Assembly (NCBI GenBank): GCA_036276035.1
Contig: DASUCM010000105.1
Coordinates: forward strand, 1-62,054
From: Candidatus Limnocylindria bacterium
GTDB taxonomy: Bacteria; Chloroflexota; Limnocylindria; P2-11E
Length of the DNA: 62,054 nucleotides
Direction of reading: 5' to 3'
The notes below the pieces were generated by a model. It worked only from the letters and a program-made list of their open reading frames with translations. It made no database searches and had not been told where the DNA came from. Position numbers and translations under genes: made by a program. This document shows positions 53,238 to 61,997 of the stretch, one piece after another. Numbering within the stretch: position 1 is the stretch's first letter; every line of letters begins with the position of its first letter.

Positions 53238-53759
53238 CTAGCGACCGAGGACCAGCCCGGCCGCCGCGCCGAGACCGATGAGCAGCGCGGGATGGATGCG
53301 GCCCTGGATCGTCACTGCCAGCGCCCCGATCGCCAGGGCGATGTGCCACCAGGCGAGCCCGCCGGGCCCCTGCGGCGCGAGGATCGCGACGCCGAACGCG
53401 AGCAGGAGCCCCGAGATCGCGAGAAGCACGCCGCGGCTGAAGCCGGCGAACCCCGGCGAGAGGAGCCGGCCGCGCGCGAACGCGACGAGCGGCACCATCA
53501 CGAGCGGCGGCAGGCATGACGCGACGAGCGCGGCCACGGCGCCGCCGATCCCTCCGGCGAAGTAGCCGAGGCTGACGATGTACGTGCCGTTCGGCCCGGT
53601 CGAGAACCGCCCCACCGCGAGGGCCTGGACGAGCTGCTCGTCCGTCGCGAGCCCGGTGAGCAGCAGGTCCTCCCGCAGGACGGGCAGCGAGCCGTAGCCG
53701 CCCATGCCGAGCGCGGCGGCCTTCAGGAAGATGACGAACAGCGCGAGCGGATCGCTCAC
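53238..53759 (-). CDS. chrA: chromate transporter family protein (short CHR, second half)
   Basis: GTG 53759 (GTGA overlap) gives VSDPLALFVIFLKAAALGMGGYGSLPVL, with FSTGPNGTY-like motifs. Confidence 0.85.
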   Translation of the reverse strand: MSDPLALFVIFLKAAALGMGGYGSLPVLREDLLLTGLATDEQLVQALAVGRFSTGPNGTYIVSLGYFAGGIGGAVAALVASCLPPLVMVPLVAFARGRLLSPGFAGFSRGVLLAISGLLLAFGVAILAPQGPGGLAWWHIALAIGALAVTIQGRIHPALLIGLGAAAGLVLGR

Positions 53760-54352
53760 TCGCTCTCCGGCCCGCGGCCCGTCTCGGGGCGATCGTGGCG
53801 GAGGGCGACGATGCCGGCGAGCCCGAAGGCGATGATCACGACCGCGGGCGAGATCGCGGTCCCGACGAAGGCGAGGAAGGCGAGCGCGATGACGGCCACG
53901 TCGAGCGCGCCGCGCGCGCCGCGGCGCACGGTCCCGCGCGCCGAGATGACGGCGAGCCCAGCGGTCATCCCGGCGGTGACCGGGCCGATGCCGGCGAACG
54001 CCGCCCCGGTGAGCGGATGGCCGGCGGCGCCGCTGAGCGCGGCGGAGAGGGCGACGGTGATGATCGCCGCGGGCACCATCATCCCCGCGACCGACACACC
54101 GACGCCGCGGATCCCGGCCAGCCGGTGTCCGATGAGCCCGGCGAGCGCGACGAGATGGATCCCGGGGCTCAGCTGCGAGAGCGAGTACGACTCCATGAAC
54201 TCGCGGCGGGTCAGCCATCCGGTCCGCTCCACGAGCCGCAGGCGCATGAGGTAGACGGTGCTCGACGCGCCTCCGATCGACTGCGTGCCGACCGCGATCC
54301 ACGCGCGCGCGAGGTCCCCGAGCCGGACCGGTCCTGACGGTGCGTTCGCCAC
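53756..54352 (-). CDS. chrA: chromate transporter family protein (short CHR, first half)
   Basis: LGDLARAWIAVGTQSIGGASSTVYLM. In-frame GTG 54352 was chosen because codons upstream of it overlap the RNase P RNA gene. Confidence 0.8.
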   Translation of the reverse strand: MANAPSGPVRLGDLARAWIAVGTQSIGGASSTVYLMRLRLVERTGWLTRREFMESYSLSQLSPGIHLVALAGLIGHRLAGIRGVGVSVAGMMVPAAIITVALSAALSGAAGHPLTGAAFAGIGPVTAGMTAGLAVISARGTVRRGARGALDVAVIALAFLAFVGTAISPAVVIIAFGLAGIVALRHDRPETGRGPESE

Positions 54353-54395
54353 AGGCGCGAGGCTAGCCGCGCGCGGCGGACGCTGCGGGGGGTGA

Positions 54396-54703
54396 TAGGC
54401 CGAGCAGGCCTCTAAGCCGGGTTCTGTCCCGCCCCTCCTCTCGGAGGTGCGGTGACGGTCATCCATCTCGGGATCGGAGGTCACCCTCCGCCTCTAGCGA
54501 TCGACCCGGGGCGGTGCGGGCGACACCGTGGCCCCTGCGTGATCTTGCTCCAGGAAGCGCTTGCCCGTTTCACCCCGCTTGCGCGGGTTCGTCACTGTGG
54601 CGCTGGCCTCGCCTCACGGCGGGCGGGCGTTACCCGCTTCCCTGCCCTGCGGAGCCCGGACTTTCCTCGGCTTTCGCCGCGACCGTCCGGCCTGCTCGGC
54701 ACG
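54396..54703 (-). ncRNA. rnpB: RNase P RNA (bacterial type A)
   Basis: On the minus strand: GAGGAAAGUCCGGGCUCC (54668..54651), ACAGAACCCGGCUUA (54427..54413), GGUAACGCC and AGAUGGAUGA motifs. The P1 helix pairs ccgagcaggcc (54699..54689) with ggcctgctcgg (54410..54400). The ends are approximate. Confidence 0.9.
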
Positions 54704-54709
54704 AGCATT

Positions 54710-55474
54710 CTAGTCGCGTCGCTGTCCCGCGACCACCCTCTCGAGCAGCTCGGCCGCGCGCAGCTCGTCGGTGCCGATCTGCCGGTCGACCAGTCCCCCG
54801 TAGACGCGCGACAGCGCGATGCCGAGCACCGCCTCGCCGCGCTCGACGAGGTCGCCGGTGAGCCGCACGACGTCGAGGAGCGCGCACCCGAGGTGCGCCC
54901 AGCGCCACTCGCCGATCCGGACCTCGCCGTCGGCGAGCGACGTGTTCTCGCACACGAGGTCACCGTGCACGAGCGAGGTGGGCCAGCCCGCGAGCCGCCG
55001 CGCCGCCTCGGCCGCGTCGTCCGCCAGCTCGGGCGGCGCGAGCGCTGCGATCGCCGCGGGCGGCAGCTCGGGCACGCCGAGGGCCCGAAGGGCGGGCGCG
55101 TCCCCGGCGACCGCGCGCTCGATCGCGACCTTCGCCTCGACGATCGCGCGCGGGTCGGCATCGCACGCGCTCGGCGCATCGACCGTGTCGTCGAGCAGGA
55201 GCCATCGCTTCGCGGGCACCGCGGGCGGCGGGATCCCGCGCGAGTGCACGCGCGGCACGTGCGCGGACTTCCGCGCGAGGAAGGGCAGCAGGTGCACCTC
55301 GAGGTCCCGCTCCCGCGGCACGCGCTTCAGGATGAGCGACCGCTCCAGCCCGCCGGCCACGTAGCGCACGCGCTCGAGCTCGACGTGCGGATCGCGCCGA
55401 ACGATCTCCGAGCGCACGTCGCTCACCTCGGTCCGGAGACTGCGGCCGATGAGCTCCGCGAGCGGGTCGCTCAC
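54710..55474 (-). CDS. phosphotransferase (APH/choline kinase-like) family protein
   Basis: LVHGDLVCEN resembles the catalytic loop and an IGEWRW segment follows. The assignment is weak. Confidence 0.65.
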   Translation of the reverse strand: MSDPLAELIGRSLRTEVSDVRSEIVRRDPHVELERVRYVAGGLERSLILKRVPRERDLEVHLLPFLARKSAHVPRVHSRGIPPPAVPAKRWLLLDDTVDAPSACDADPRAIVEAKVAIERAVAGDAPALRALGVPELPPAAIAALAPPELADDAAEAARRLAGWPTSLVHGDLVCENTSLADGEVRIGEWRWAHLGCALLDVVRLTGDLVERGEAVLGIALSRVYGGLVDRQIGTDELRAAELLERVVAGQRRD

Positions 55475-55887
55475 GGTCCGCGCCGGAGCGCGGCTCGGTC
55501 CAGCTCCCGGTTCACCAGGGCGTCGGCGAGCAGGTTCTCCTCGCGCCGCACGTGCTCGACCGTGCGGTCCGGGAACTGCGCGAGCAGCGCGCCAGCGCGC
55601 AGCGCGAGCGGGCGGAGGCCCGGATGCTTGATCCTCCAGAGCCCGCGCATCTGCTGCACCACGAGCATCGAGTCCATCCGGACGTCGAGCCGCGTCACGC
55701 CGATCCGCTTCGCCTCCTCGAGGCCGACGATGAGGCCGGTGTACTCCGCGACGTTGTTCGTCGCGGTGCCGAGGTACTCGGCGCGCTCCGCGAGGACCTG
55801 GCCGTCCTCCCCCACGAGCACCGCCGCGCCCGCGGCGGGGCCGGGGTTGCCGCGCGCGCCGCCGTCGGCGTAGAGCGTGGCCCTCAT
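55471..55887 (-). CDS. rnhA: ribonuclease HI family protein
   Basis: YADGGARGNPGPAA, NNVAEYTGLI, DSMLVV and ENLLADALVN (DEDD residues). Confidence 0.88.
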   Translation of the reverse strand: MRATLYADGGARGNPGPAAGAAVLVGEDGQVLAERAEYLGTATNNVAEYTGLIVGLEEAKRIGVTRLDVRMDSMLVVQQMRGLWRIKHPGLRPLALRAGALLAQFPDRTVEHVRREENLLADALVNRELDRAALRRGP

Positions 55888-56831
55888 GCCGTGAGGAGGC
55901 CCGCGAAGCGGGCGGCGTCGATGTTCGCGCCGCTCAGCACCGCGACGACGCGCTCGCCGCTGCGCGGCCGCACGCTGCCTGCCAGGAGCGCCGCAACGGC
56001 GACGGCGCCCGCCGGCTCGACGACGAGCCGGGCCCGCTCGAAGACGAACCGGATGCCCTCGCGGATCGCGTCCTCGCTGACCAGGACGACGTCGTCGACC
56101 AGGCGCTGCACGATCTCGAGCGCGAGGACGCCGACCGACGGCGCGGTGCAGCCGTCCGCGATGGTGTCGGTCCGCTCGAGGCGTACCGGCGTCCCTGCGT
56201 CGAGCGACCGGCGCATCGCCGCCGCGCCTTGAGGCTGCACGCCGACCACGCGCGCGCCCCGGCGTCTCGCAGTGACCGCCGTGGCGACCCCCGAGATGAG
56301 ACCGCCGCCCCCGACGGGGACGACGACCAGGTCCACGTCCGGCACGTCCTCGACGATCTCGAGACCGATCGTCCCGGTGCCCGGGATGACGTCGTCCCAG
56401 GGATGGACGAAGCGGAAACCCTCGCCGCGGAGCTCCTCGACGATCGGCATGAGCTTCGTCGTGTCGGGCGCGAAGCGGATCTCCGCCCCGTACGCGCGGG
56501 TCGCGGCGACCTTCGTCGCGGGTGCGGTCTCGGGCATCGCGACGATCACCCGCGCGCCGAACGACCGCGCGGCGTAGGCGACCGCCGCCGCGTGGTTCCC
56601 CGCGCTCATCGTGACGATCCCGCCAGCGCGCTCCGCCGGCGCGAGCGCACCCACCGCGTAGATCGCGCCGCGCGCCTTGAAGGACCCCGTGCGCTGGAGG
56701 CTCTCCGCCTTCAGGTGCGCGGCCGCGCCGACGCGCTCGCCGAGCGCGCGGGAGCTGAGCAGCGGGGTCCTGAGCACGAGCGGCGCGATGACCTCACGCG
56801 CCCGTTCGATGTCAGCGAGGGTGACGGTCAG
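55884..56831 (-). CDS. threonine ammonia-lyase / serine-threonine dehydratase (PLP-dependent, no ACT domain)
   Basis: SFKARGA (PLP Lys) and GNHAAAVAYAA. The conserved N-terminal TLADIERAREVIAPLV lies upstream of the first GTG (56777). CTG 56831 has GGAAGGGGA 4 nt upstream. Confidence 0.88.
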   Translation of the reverse strand: MTVTLADIERAREVIAPLVLRTPLLSSRALGERVGAAAHLKAESLQRTGSFKARGAIYAVGALAPAERAGGIVTMSAGNHAAAVAYAARSFGARVIVAMPETAPATKVAATRAYGAEIRFAPDTTKLMPIVEELRGEGFRFVHPWDDVIPGTGTIGLEIVEDVPDVDLVVVPVGGGGLISGVATAVTARRRGARVVGVQPQGAAAMRRSLDAGTPVRLERTDTIADGCTAPSVGVLALEIVQRLVDDVVLVSEDAIREGIRFVFERARLVVEPAGAVAVAALLAGSVRPRSGERVVAVLSGANIDAARFAGLLTA

Positions 56832-56845
56832 TCGATCCCCTTCCG

Positions 56846-56919
56846 TGGGCCTGCCTGGATTCGAACCAGGGACCAGCGAATTATGAGTTCGCCGCTCTTG
56901 ACCACTGAGCTACAGGCCC
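56846..56919 (-). tRNA. tRNA with CAT anticodon (elongator Met, or Ile2 if lysidinylated)
   Basis: Manual cloverleaf: GGGCCTG/CAGGCCC acceptor, GCTC-AGTGGTCAA-GAGC, GCGAA-CTCATAA-TTCGC, CCTGG-TTCGAAT-CCAGG, discriminator A. The anticodon stem lacks the initiator GGG/CCC. Confidence 0.95.
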
Positions 56920-57073
56920 TAGGAGGCTCGAGCGGATGCTTGCATACGCGTCGAGCCGACGACGGGCCTGTGAGCGGAGCGATACAGGCCCTGGGAGCTC
57001 CGCGCGAACGTCAATCGTACGAGGAGAGAGCGCACTTCAACGTGAGCGCCGGCCGAAGTCAGACCGTTGACAC

Positions 57074-57191
57074 GGCGAGGGGGCGCGTGGCGGCGGGCGG
57101 GTCTGAGCCGGCGAAGCCGGCGAAGGCGTCACAACGGCAGGCGATCGAGGCCGTGATGAAGCCTGCCCGCCCGCCACGCGGCCCCCTCGCC
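57074..57191 (-). repeat. copy B of the ~117-nt hairpin-enclosed repeated element (opposite orientation to copy A)
   Basis: A ~25-bp outer stem (57074..57101 with 57166..57191) encloses the shared core. Confidence 0.7.
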
Positions 57192-57280
57192 GACACCCAG
57201 CCCATAGACTTCGCCAAGGCGCGAACGCTTCCTCGTGCCGCTTGCTGGTACGGTCCTCGTACTGCGCGCGGAGGTTGTGT

Positions 57281-58048
57281 TTGGGCAAGGTCATCGCGCT
57301 CGCGAACCAGAAGGGCGGCGTCGGCAAGACGACCTGCACCATCAACCTCGGCGGCGCGCTCGTCGAGCTCAAGAAGCGGGTCCTCTGCATCGACCTCGAC
57401 CCGCAGGCGAACCTCTCCGTCGGCCTCGGCATCGATCTGAACACGGTCCAGCAGGGCATGGCGAACGTCCTCCTCGACGCCGAGGTCTCGCTGCGGTCGA
57501 TCGTCGTGCCGAGCCGCACGAAGGGGCTCGACGTCGCGCCAACGACGATCGAGCTCTCCGCCGCCGAGGTGGAGCTCTTCAGCGCGATCGGGCGCGAGAT
57601 GGCGCTCCGCGACAAGCTCACGCCGGAGCTGCTCGACCAGTACGACTACATCCTCATCGACTGCCCGCCGACGCTCGGGCTCCTCACGCTGAACGCGCTC
57701 GTCGCGTCCGACGGCGTGATCATCCCGGTCCAGACGCAGTACTACGCGCTGAAGGGCGTCGCTGCGCTGCTGCGGATCATCAAGACGGTGCAGACGAGGC
57801 TGAACCCGGGTCTGCGTGTGCTCGGCCTGCTGCCGACCTTCTACGACAGCCGCACGATCCTCGGGCGTGACATGCTTGATTCGCTGAAGGACCTGAGCGA
57901 GCACCAGGTGTTCAACACGGTCATCCGGCAATCCGTGAAGGTCGGCGAGGCGCCAACGGCCGGCGTGCCGATCACCGTGTACGAGCCGAAGTCGGACGCT
58001 GCGAAGGCGTTCATCGATCTCGCGAAGGAGGTGGTCCGTGCTCAGTAG
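57281..58048 (+). CDS. parA: ParA/Soj chromosome partitioning ATPase
   Basis: TTG 57281, 6 nt after GGAGG, gives MGKVIALANQKGGVGKTT (deviant Walker A). Confidence 0.92.
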   Translation: MGKVIALANQKGGVGKTTCTINLGGALVELKKRVLCIDLDPQANLSVGLGIDLNTVQQGMANVLLDAEVSLRSIVVPSRTKGLDVAPTTIELSAAEVELFSAIGREMALRDKLTPELLDQYDYILIDCPPTLGLLTLNALVASDGVIIPVQTQYYALKGVAALLRIIKTVQTRLNPGLRVLGLLPTFYDSRTILGRDMLDSLKDLSEHQVFNTVIRQSVKVGEAPTAGVPITVYEPKSDAAKAFIDLAKEVVRAQ

Positions 58049-58967
58049 CGGTAAGGGAAAGTCGTTCCGCGCCGCAGGGAGCCGCATCCTCGACCAGGAG
58101 ACCGACTCCCAGGCCGGCATCGTCCGCCTCCTCGGCGCGCGCACGCCGACGGCCGTGCGCGACCTGCCGCTCGCGAAGGTCGTCCCGAACCCCGAGCAGC
58201 CGCGCATGACCTTCCACGAGGACACGCTCAACGAGCTCGCCGCGTCGATCCGCGAGCACGGCGTGCTGCAGCCGATCCTCGTGCGTCCCGCGGGCGACGA
58301 GTTCCAGATCATCGCGGGCGAGCGGCGGTGGCGCGCCTCGAAGATCGCGGGCAAGGAGAGCATCCCCGCGATCGTCGAGCGCTTCGACGACGCGACCGCG
58401 CTCGAGATCGCGCTCATCGAGAACCTCCAGCGCGAGGACCTCTCGCCGCTCGACGAGGCCGTCATCTACAAGAAGATGACGAGCGAGCTCGGCTACTCGA
58501 TCCGTAACCTCGCCGCGAAGCTCGGCAAGGACAAGGGCTACCTCGAGAACCGGCTGCGGCTCGCGTCCGCTCCCGACGACGTGCGGGAGATGGTGAGCCA
58601 GCGCTACGACACGCTGACGCACGCGTACGAGCTCATGAAGGTCGAGGACCAGAAGCGCCGGAAGGCGCTCGTGAAGCAGGTGCTCGAGGGACAGCTCACG
58701 CTCGTCCGGCTCCGCGACCGGGTCGCGAAGGTGCTCGACCCGAAGGCCGTCGAGCCCCGGCCGGCGCCGGAGCTGCCGAAGCTGCGCGACGACACGCTCA
58801 TCACCGCGACGCGCAAGCTGAACGAGGCGCTCGCGGAGCTCGCGCACGCCGTCGGCGACGAGGGCGGCGGGGTGAGCGAGGGCGACCGCCAGAACCTCGC
58901 GAAGTTCCTGACCATCTCGCGCGCCCGGCTCGACAACGTCGTCGCCCGCCTGCGGAGCCGCTCCTGA
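58038..58967 (+). CDS. parB: ParB/Spo0J chromosome partitioning protein
   Basis: NPEQPR, LQPILVRP, IIAGERRWRA and a helix-turn-helix region. Confidence 0.92.
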   Translation: MLSSGKGKSFRAAGSRILDQETDSQAGIVRLLGARTPTAVRDLPLAKVVPNPEQPRMTFHEDTLNELAASIREHGVLQPILVRPAGDEFQIIAGERRWRASKIAGKESIPAIVERFDDATALEIALIENLQREDLSPLDEAVIYKKMTSELGYSIRNLAAKLGKDKGYLENRLRLASAPDDVREMVSQRYDTLTHAYELMKVEDQKRRKALVKQVLEGQLTLVRLRDRVAKVLDPKAVEPRPAPELPKLRDDTLITATRKLNEALAELAHAVGDEGGGVSEGDRQNLAKFLTISRARLDNVVARLRSRS

Positions 58968-59149
58968 GCGACGTCCGCGCGCGCCGCCTCTCGTTCCGGG
59001 CGAGCGTGATCACGTTCGTGCTGATGAGCGCGGTGGTGGTCGCGCTCTCGATGGGCCTGCTCATCCTCATCGACCCGCGGACGCAGGCGTACTGGGGCGG
59101 GCGCCTCGGCGAGCTCCTCGCCTGGCTCCGGGCTCTCGTCGGCCGCTAG
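58964..59149 (+). CDS. possible small membrane protein downstream of parB
   Basis: An open frame with high GC3 encodes ...VITFVLMSAVVVALSMGLLILIDP.... CTG 58964 overlaps the parB TGA (CTGA). An alternative GTG lies at 59006. Confidence 0.3.
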   Translation: MSDVRARRLSFRASVITFVLMSAVVVALSMGLLILIDPRTQAYWGGRLGELLAWLRALVGR

Positions 59150-59158
59150 ACAGCACGA

Positions 59159-59184
59159 GACCCCGCCGTGGTGACGGCGGGGTC
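59159..59184. terminator. 10-bp hairpin gaccccgccg-tggtga-cggcggggtc
   Basis: Perfect stem between convergent small ORFs, with a short T run further downstream. Confidence 0.5.
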
Positions 59185-59224
59185 CGCGCGGGTGGAGGGG
59201 TAAGGGGCTTTTCTTCTCGCGGGT

Positions 59225-59365
59225 CTAGCTCTCGATCGGGATCTGGGTGAGGTCCGCCCGCTGCGCCCGCGTGTCACGCAGGATCGCGACGGTCGTCGCC
59301 GCCAGGCCCGCGAACGAGAAGAGCAGCAGCGCGCTGTCGCTGACGAGGGTCTGCAGGATGTCCAT
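59225..59365 (-). CDS. 46-aa small membrane protein (MDILQTLVSDSALLLFSFAGLAATTVAILRDTRAQRADLTQIPIES)
   Basis: ATG 59365 is preceded by GAGAAAGGAGAG. It is the C-terminal part of a longer track ORF whose upstream part is Arg/Pro filler. Confidence 0.5.
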   Translation of the reverse strand: MDILQTLVSDSALLLFSFAGLAATTVAILRDTRAQRADLTQIPIES

Positions 59366-59502
59366 CTCGCGCCACTCTCCTTTCTCTCCCGAGTCGCCGT
59401 TGGCGCACACGAACGCACGGCCTGTGCCATCAAGCGGGCGAGCGGGGCGTCGCTTCATGTCAGTTGTGCAACGCCGGGGTGGCGGTCCGCGATAGGAGGA
59501 CC

Positions 59503-59988
59503 CTAGGAGATAGGGTCCCCCAGGCGGTGGTACCTGCCGCGGTGGAAGACGAGCGGGAGCCCGTCGCCGAGGTCGTAGCCGAGCAGGGATCCGACGACGA
59601 TCGCGTGAGTGCCCGCGACGTCGAGCCGCGCCGCGACCGCGCACTCCAGCCGCGCGTGCGCTCCGTCGAGCAGCGGCGAGCCGGACAGGGGGCCCGCGCG
59701 GTAGGCCAGGCCCTCGAACTTGCGCTCGCGGTCGCTCGCGAACAGGCGCGACAGCGCGACCTGGTCCTCACCGAGCACGTTCACGGCGAAGTGCGTGGCC
59801 GCGCCGAAGGCGCCGTACGAGCGGTTCCCGCGCTTCAGGCAGACGAGGACCTGCGCCGGCTCCAGCGAGAGCGAGGCGAACGCGTTCACCGTCAGCCCGT
59901 GCGGCTGGCCGCCGGCGGTCGTCGTGACGATGGTCACACCGGTCGCGAAGTGCCCGAGGACCCGGCGGAGCTCGACCTCGCCGGTCAC
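59503..59988 (-). CDS. flavin reductase family protein (FMN-binding split barrel)
   Basis: GTG 59988 (GTGA overlap) gives LRRVLGHFATGVTIVTT...GLTVNAFASLSLEP. Confidence 0.88.
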   Translation of the reverse strand: MTGEVELRRVLGHFATGVTIVTTTAGGQPHGLTVNAFASLSLEPAQVLVCLKRGNRSYGAFGAATHFAVNVLGEDQVALSRLFASDRERKFEGLAYRAGPLSGSPLLDGAHARLECAVAARLDVAGTHAIVVGSLLGYDLGDGLPLVFHRGRYHRLGDPIS

Positions 59989-61286
59989 GACGCGACGGGC
60001 TGCCGGCGGACGCGGACGCGGGCGACGCGGCGGCCGTCGACGGCGGTCACGTCGAAGCGCCAGCCCGCGACCTGGATCGCGTCGCCGACCTTCGCGACGC
60101 GGCCGAGTCGGCCGAACACGAGGCCCCCGACGGTGTCGTAGGGCTCGTCGTCCAGATCCACGGCGAGGCGCTCGCGGAGCGCGTCCAGCGGAGCGAGGCC
60201 ATCGATGAGGTACGTCCCGTTCGACTCGGGGACGAACTGCGGGACCTCGCGGTCGAACTCGTCCTGCACGTCGCCGACGAGCTCCTCGATGATGTCCTCG
60301 ACGGTGATGAGCCCGGCCGTGCCGCCGAATTCGTCGGCGACGATGGCGAGCTGGGTACGCTGGCGGCGGAACTCCGCGAGCGCCTGGTCGAGGCGCATCG
60401 TCTCGGGGACGATCGGCACGCCGCGCATGACGTCCGCGGCGGTCCCTCCGTGCGGCTCGCGGCTGACGAGATCCTTCAGGTGCACGACGCCGACGATGTG
60501 ATCGAGATCGCCGCGAAACACCGGATACCGCGTGAACGGGTGCTGCCGCGCCATCTCGAAGAGCCCGCCGATCGGCGTGTCGTCCGGGACCGCGACCATC
60601 TCCGTCCGCGGGATCATGACCTGTCGCACGTAGGTGTCGGCGAAGTCGAGCGCGTTCCCGACGAGCACCCGCTCCGACTCCTGCAGGATCCCCTTCCGCG
60701 TCGAGACGGCGACGAGCATCTTCAGCTCCTCCTCGCTGTGCGCCTCGAGGTCCTCGCCCGGCTTGATGCCGACGCGACGGAGGAGCGCGTTCGCGCTCGT
60801 GTTCACGGACCAGATGAACGGGTAGAGCACCCGGTAGAAGTAGTGCAGCGGGTGGGCGGACCAGAGCGTCGTCGGCAGCGCCCGCTGGATCGCGAGGTAC
60901 TTCGGCGCCTGCTCCCCCACGACGATGTGGAGGTAGGTGATGATCGCGAACGCGATCGCGAAGCTCACGAAGTGGAAGGCGGTCTCCGACCGCTCGAGGA
61001 GCCAGCCGAACAGCGGCTCGATGAGCTTGGCGACGGCAGGCTCGCCGACGATCCCGAGCGCCAGCGACGCGCCCGTGATGCCGACCTGGCACGCGGAGAG
61101 ATACGAGTCGATGTGGTCGGCGATGTGCGCACCGAGCTTCGCGCGCGCGCTCCCCCCCGCTGCGAGCTCGTCGAGCTGCGTCGCGCGGACGCGCACGATC
61201 GCGAACTCCGCGGCGACGAAGAACGCGTTGAGGAACAGGAGGAAGAGGGTGAGGCCGATGCCCGGCAAGGCCCCGCCGAGATCCAT
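59985..61286 (-). CDS. hemolysin-family / CNNM transporter-associated protein (DUF21-CBS pair-CorC_HlyC)
   Basis: In-frame ATG 61286. N-terminal DUF21 TM region (NAFFVAAEFAIV), CBS pair, and C-terminal GGLVFGRLGRVAKVGD. Confidence 0.9.
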   Translation of the reverse strand: MDLGGALPGIGLTLFLLFLNAFFVAAEFAIVRVRATQLDELAAGGSARAKLGAHIADHIDSYLSACQVGITGASLALGIVGEPAVAKLIEPLFGWLLERSETAFHFVSFAIAFAIITYLHIVVGEQAPKYLAIQRALPTTLWSAHPLHYFYRVLYPFIWSVNTSANALLRRVGIKPGEDLEAHSEEELKMLVAVSTRKGILQESERVLVGNALDFADTYVRQVMIPRTEMVAVPDDTPIGGLFEMARQHPFTRYPVFRGDLDHIVGVVHLKDLVSREPHGGTAADVMRGVPIVPETMRLDQALAEFRRQRTQLAIVADEFGGTAGLITVEDIIEELVGDVQDEFDREVPQFVPESNGTYLIDGLAPLDALRERLAVDLDDEPYDTVGGLVFGRLGRVAKVGDAIQVAGWRFDVTAVDGRRVARVRVRRQPVAS

Positions 61287-61331
61287 GAAGGCCCGATTGT
61301 CGCACGCATCGGACTCCGTAGACTCGGACGC

Positions 61332-61997
61332 GTGCGCATCGATGTCCGCCTCTTCGCTTCCTATCGCGAGGCGGCGGGTGTCGGACGCTTCGATCTCGAG
61401 CTGCCTGCCGGCGCGACGGTGCGCGACGCCGTCGCCCAGATCGTCGATCGGCACCCCATCGTCGCGTCGGGCACGCGCGTCGTGATGGCGCGCAACCGCG
61501 AGTACGTCGACGCGGACGCCGCCCTGGCCGACGGCGACGAGCTCGCGCTCATCCCGCCCGTCTCCGGCGGCGCGACCGCGAGCCGCCCGCGGGTGCTCGT
61601 GAGCGCCGCCCCGCTCTCCGTGGACGCCTGCCTCGACGCGGTGCGCGCGCCCGGCCACGGCGGGCTCGTCGTCTTCGTCGGCACGGTCCGCGACCACAGC
61701 CGGGGCCTGGCCGTCACGCGCCTCGACTACGAGGCCTACCCCGAGATGGCCGAGGCGAAGATGGGCGAGATCGCCGCACGCCTCGAGCGCGAGCACGGCG
61801 CGCGCCTCGCGCTGCATCACCGCGTCGGCGAGCTCGAGATCGGGGAGGCGGCCGTGGTCATCGCCGCCGGCGCGCCGCACCGCGACGCGGCCTTCGCCGC
61901 CGCGCGCGCCGCCATCGACGAGCTGAAGCGCATCGTCCCCATTTGGAAGAAGGAGCACACCGCAGACGGCGCGGTCTGGATCGAAGACCACGCCTGA
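61332..61997 (+). CDS. moaE: MoaD-MoaE fusion (molybdopterin synthase sulfur carrier plus catalytic subunit)
   Basis: In-frame GTG 61332. The MoaD-like part ends in LIPPVSGG and is followed by the MoaE body (VVFVGTVRDHSRG...PIWKKE). Confidence 0.88.
   Translation: MRIDVRLFASYREAAGVGRFDLELPAGATVRDAVAQIVDRHPIVASGTRVVMARNREYVDADAALADGDELALIPPVSGGATASRPRVLVSAAPLSVDACLDAVRAPGHGGLVVFVGTVRDHSRGLAVTRLDYEAYPEMAEAKMGEIAARLEREHGARLALHHRVGELEIGEAAVVIAAGAPHRDAAFAAARAAIDELKRIVPIWKKEHTADGAVWIEDHA

Noticed and set aside
54353-54484. N-terminal 44 codons of the 53756..54484 ORF (MTSDPEMDDRHRTSERRGG...).
   Set aside because: This stretch is the 3' third of the RNase P RNA read as protein. The chromate transporter homology only begins after about 54352.
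56964-56991. Hairpin gggcctgt-12 nt-acaggccc whose arm repeats the first 9 nt of the adjacent tRNA (GGGCCTGTA), considered as a possible att-site or integration scar.
   Set aside because: Only 9-12 nt are shared. It duplicates the tRNA 5' end rather than the 3' end. No integrase or foreign DNA is adjacent. The match is too short to exclude chance in this GC-rich sequence.
56920-59224. Search for a parS site (TGTTNCACGTGAAACA-like) around parAB, and for oriC/DnaA-box clusters.
   Set aside because: I found no match by eye in the parAB flanks. This is a limited manual scan, so absence is not proven.
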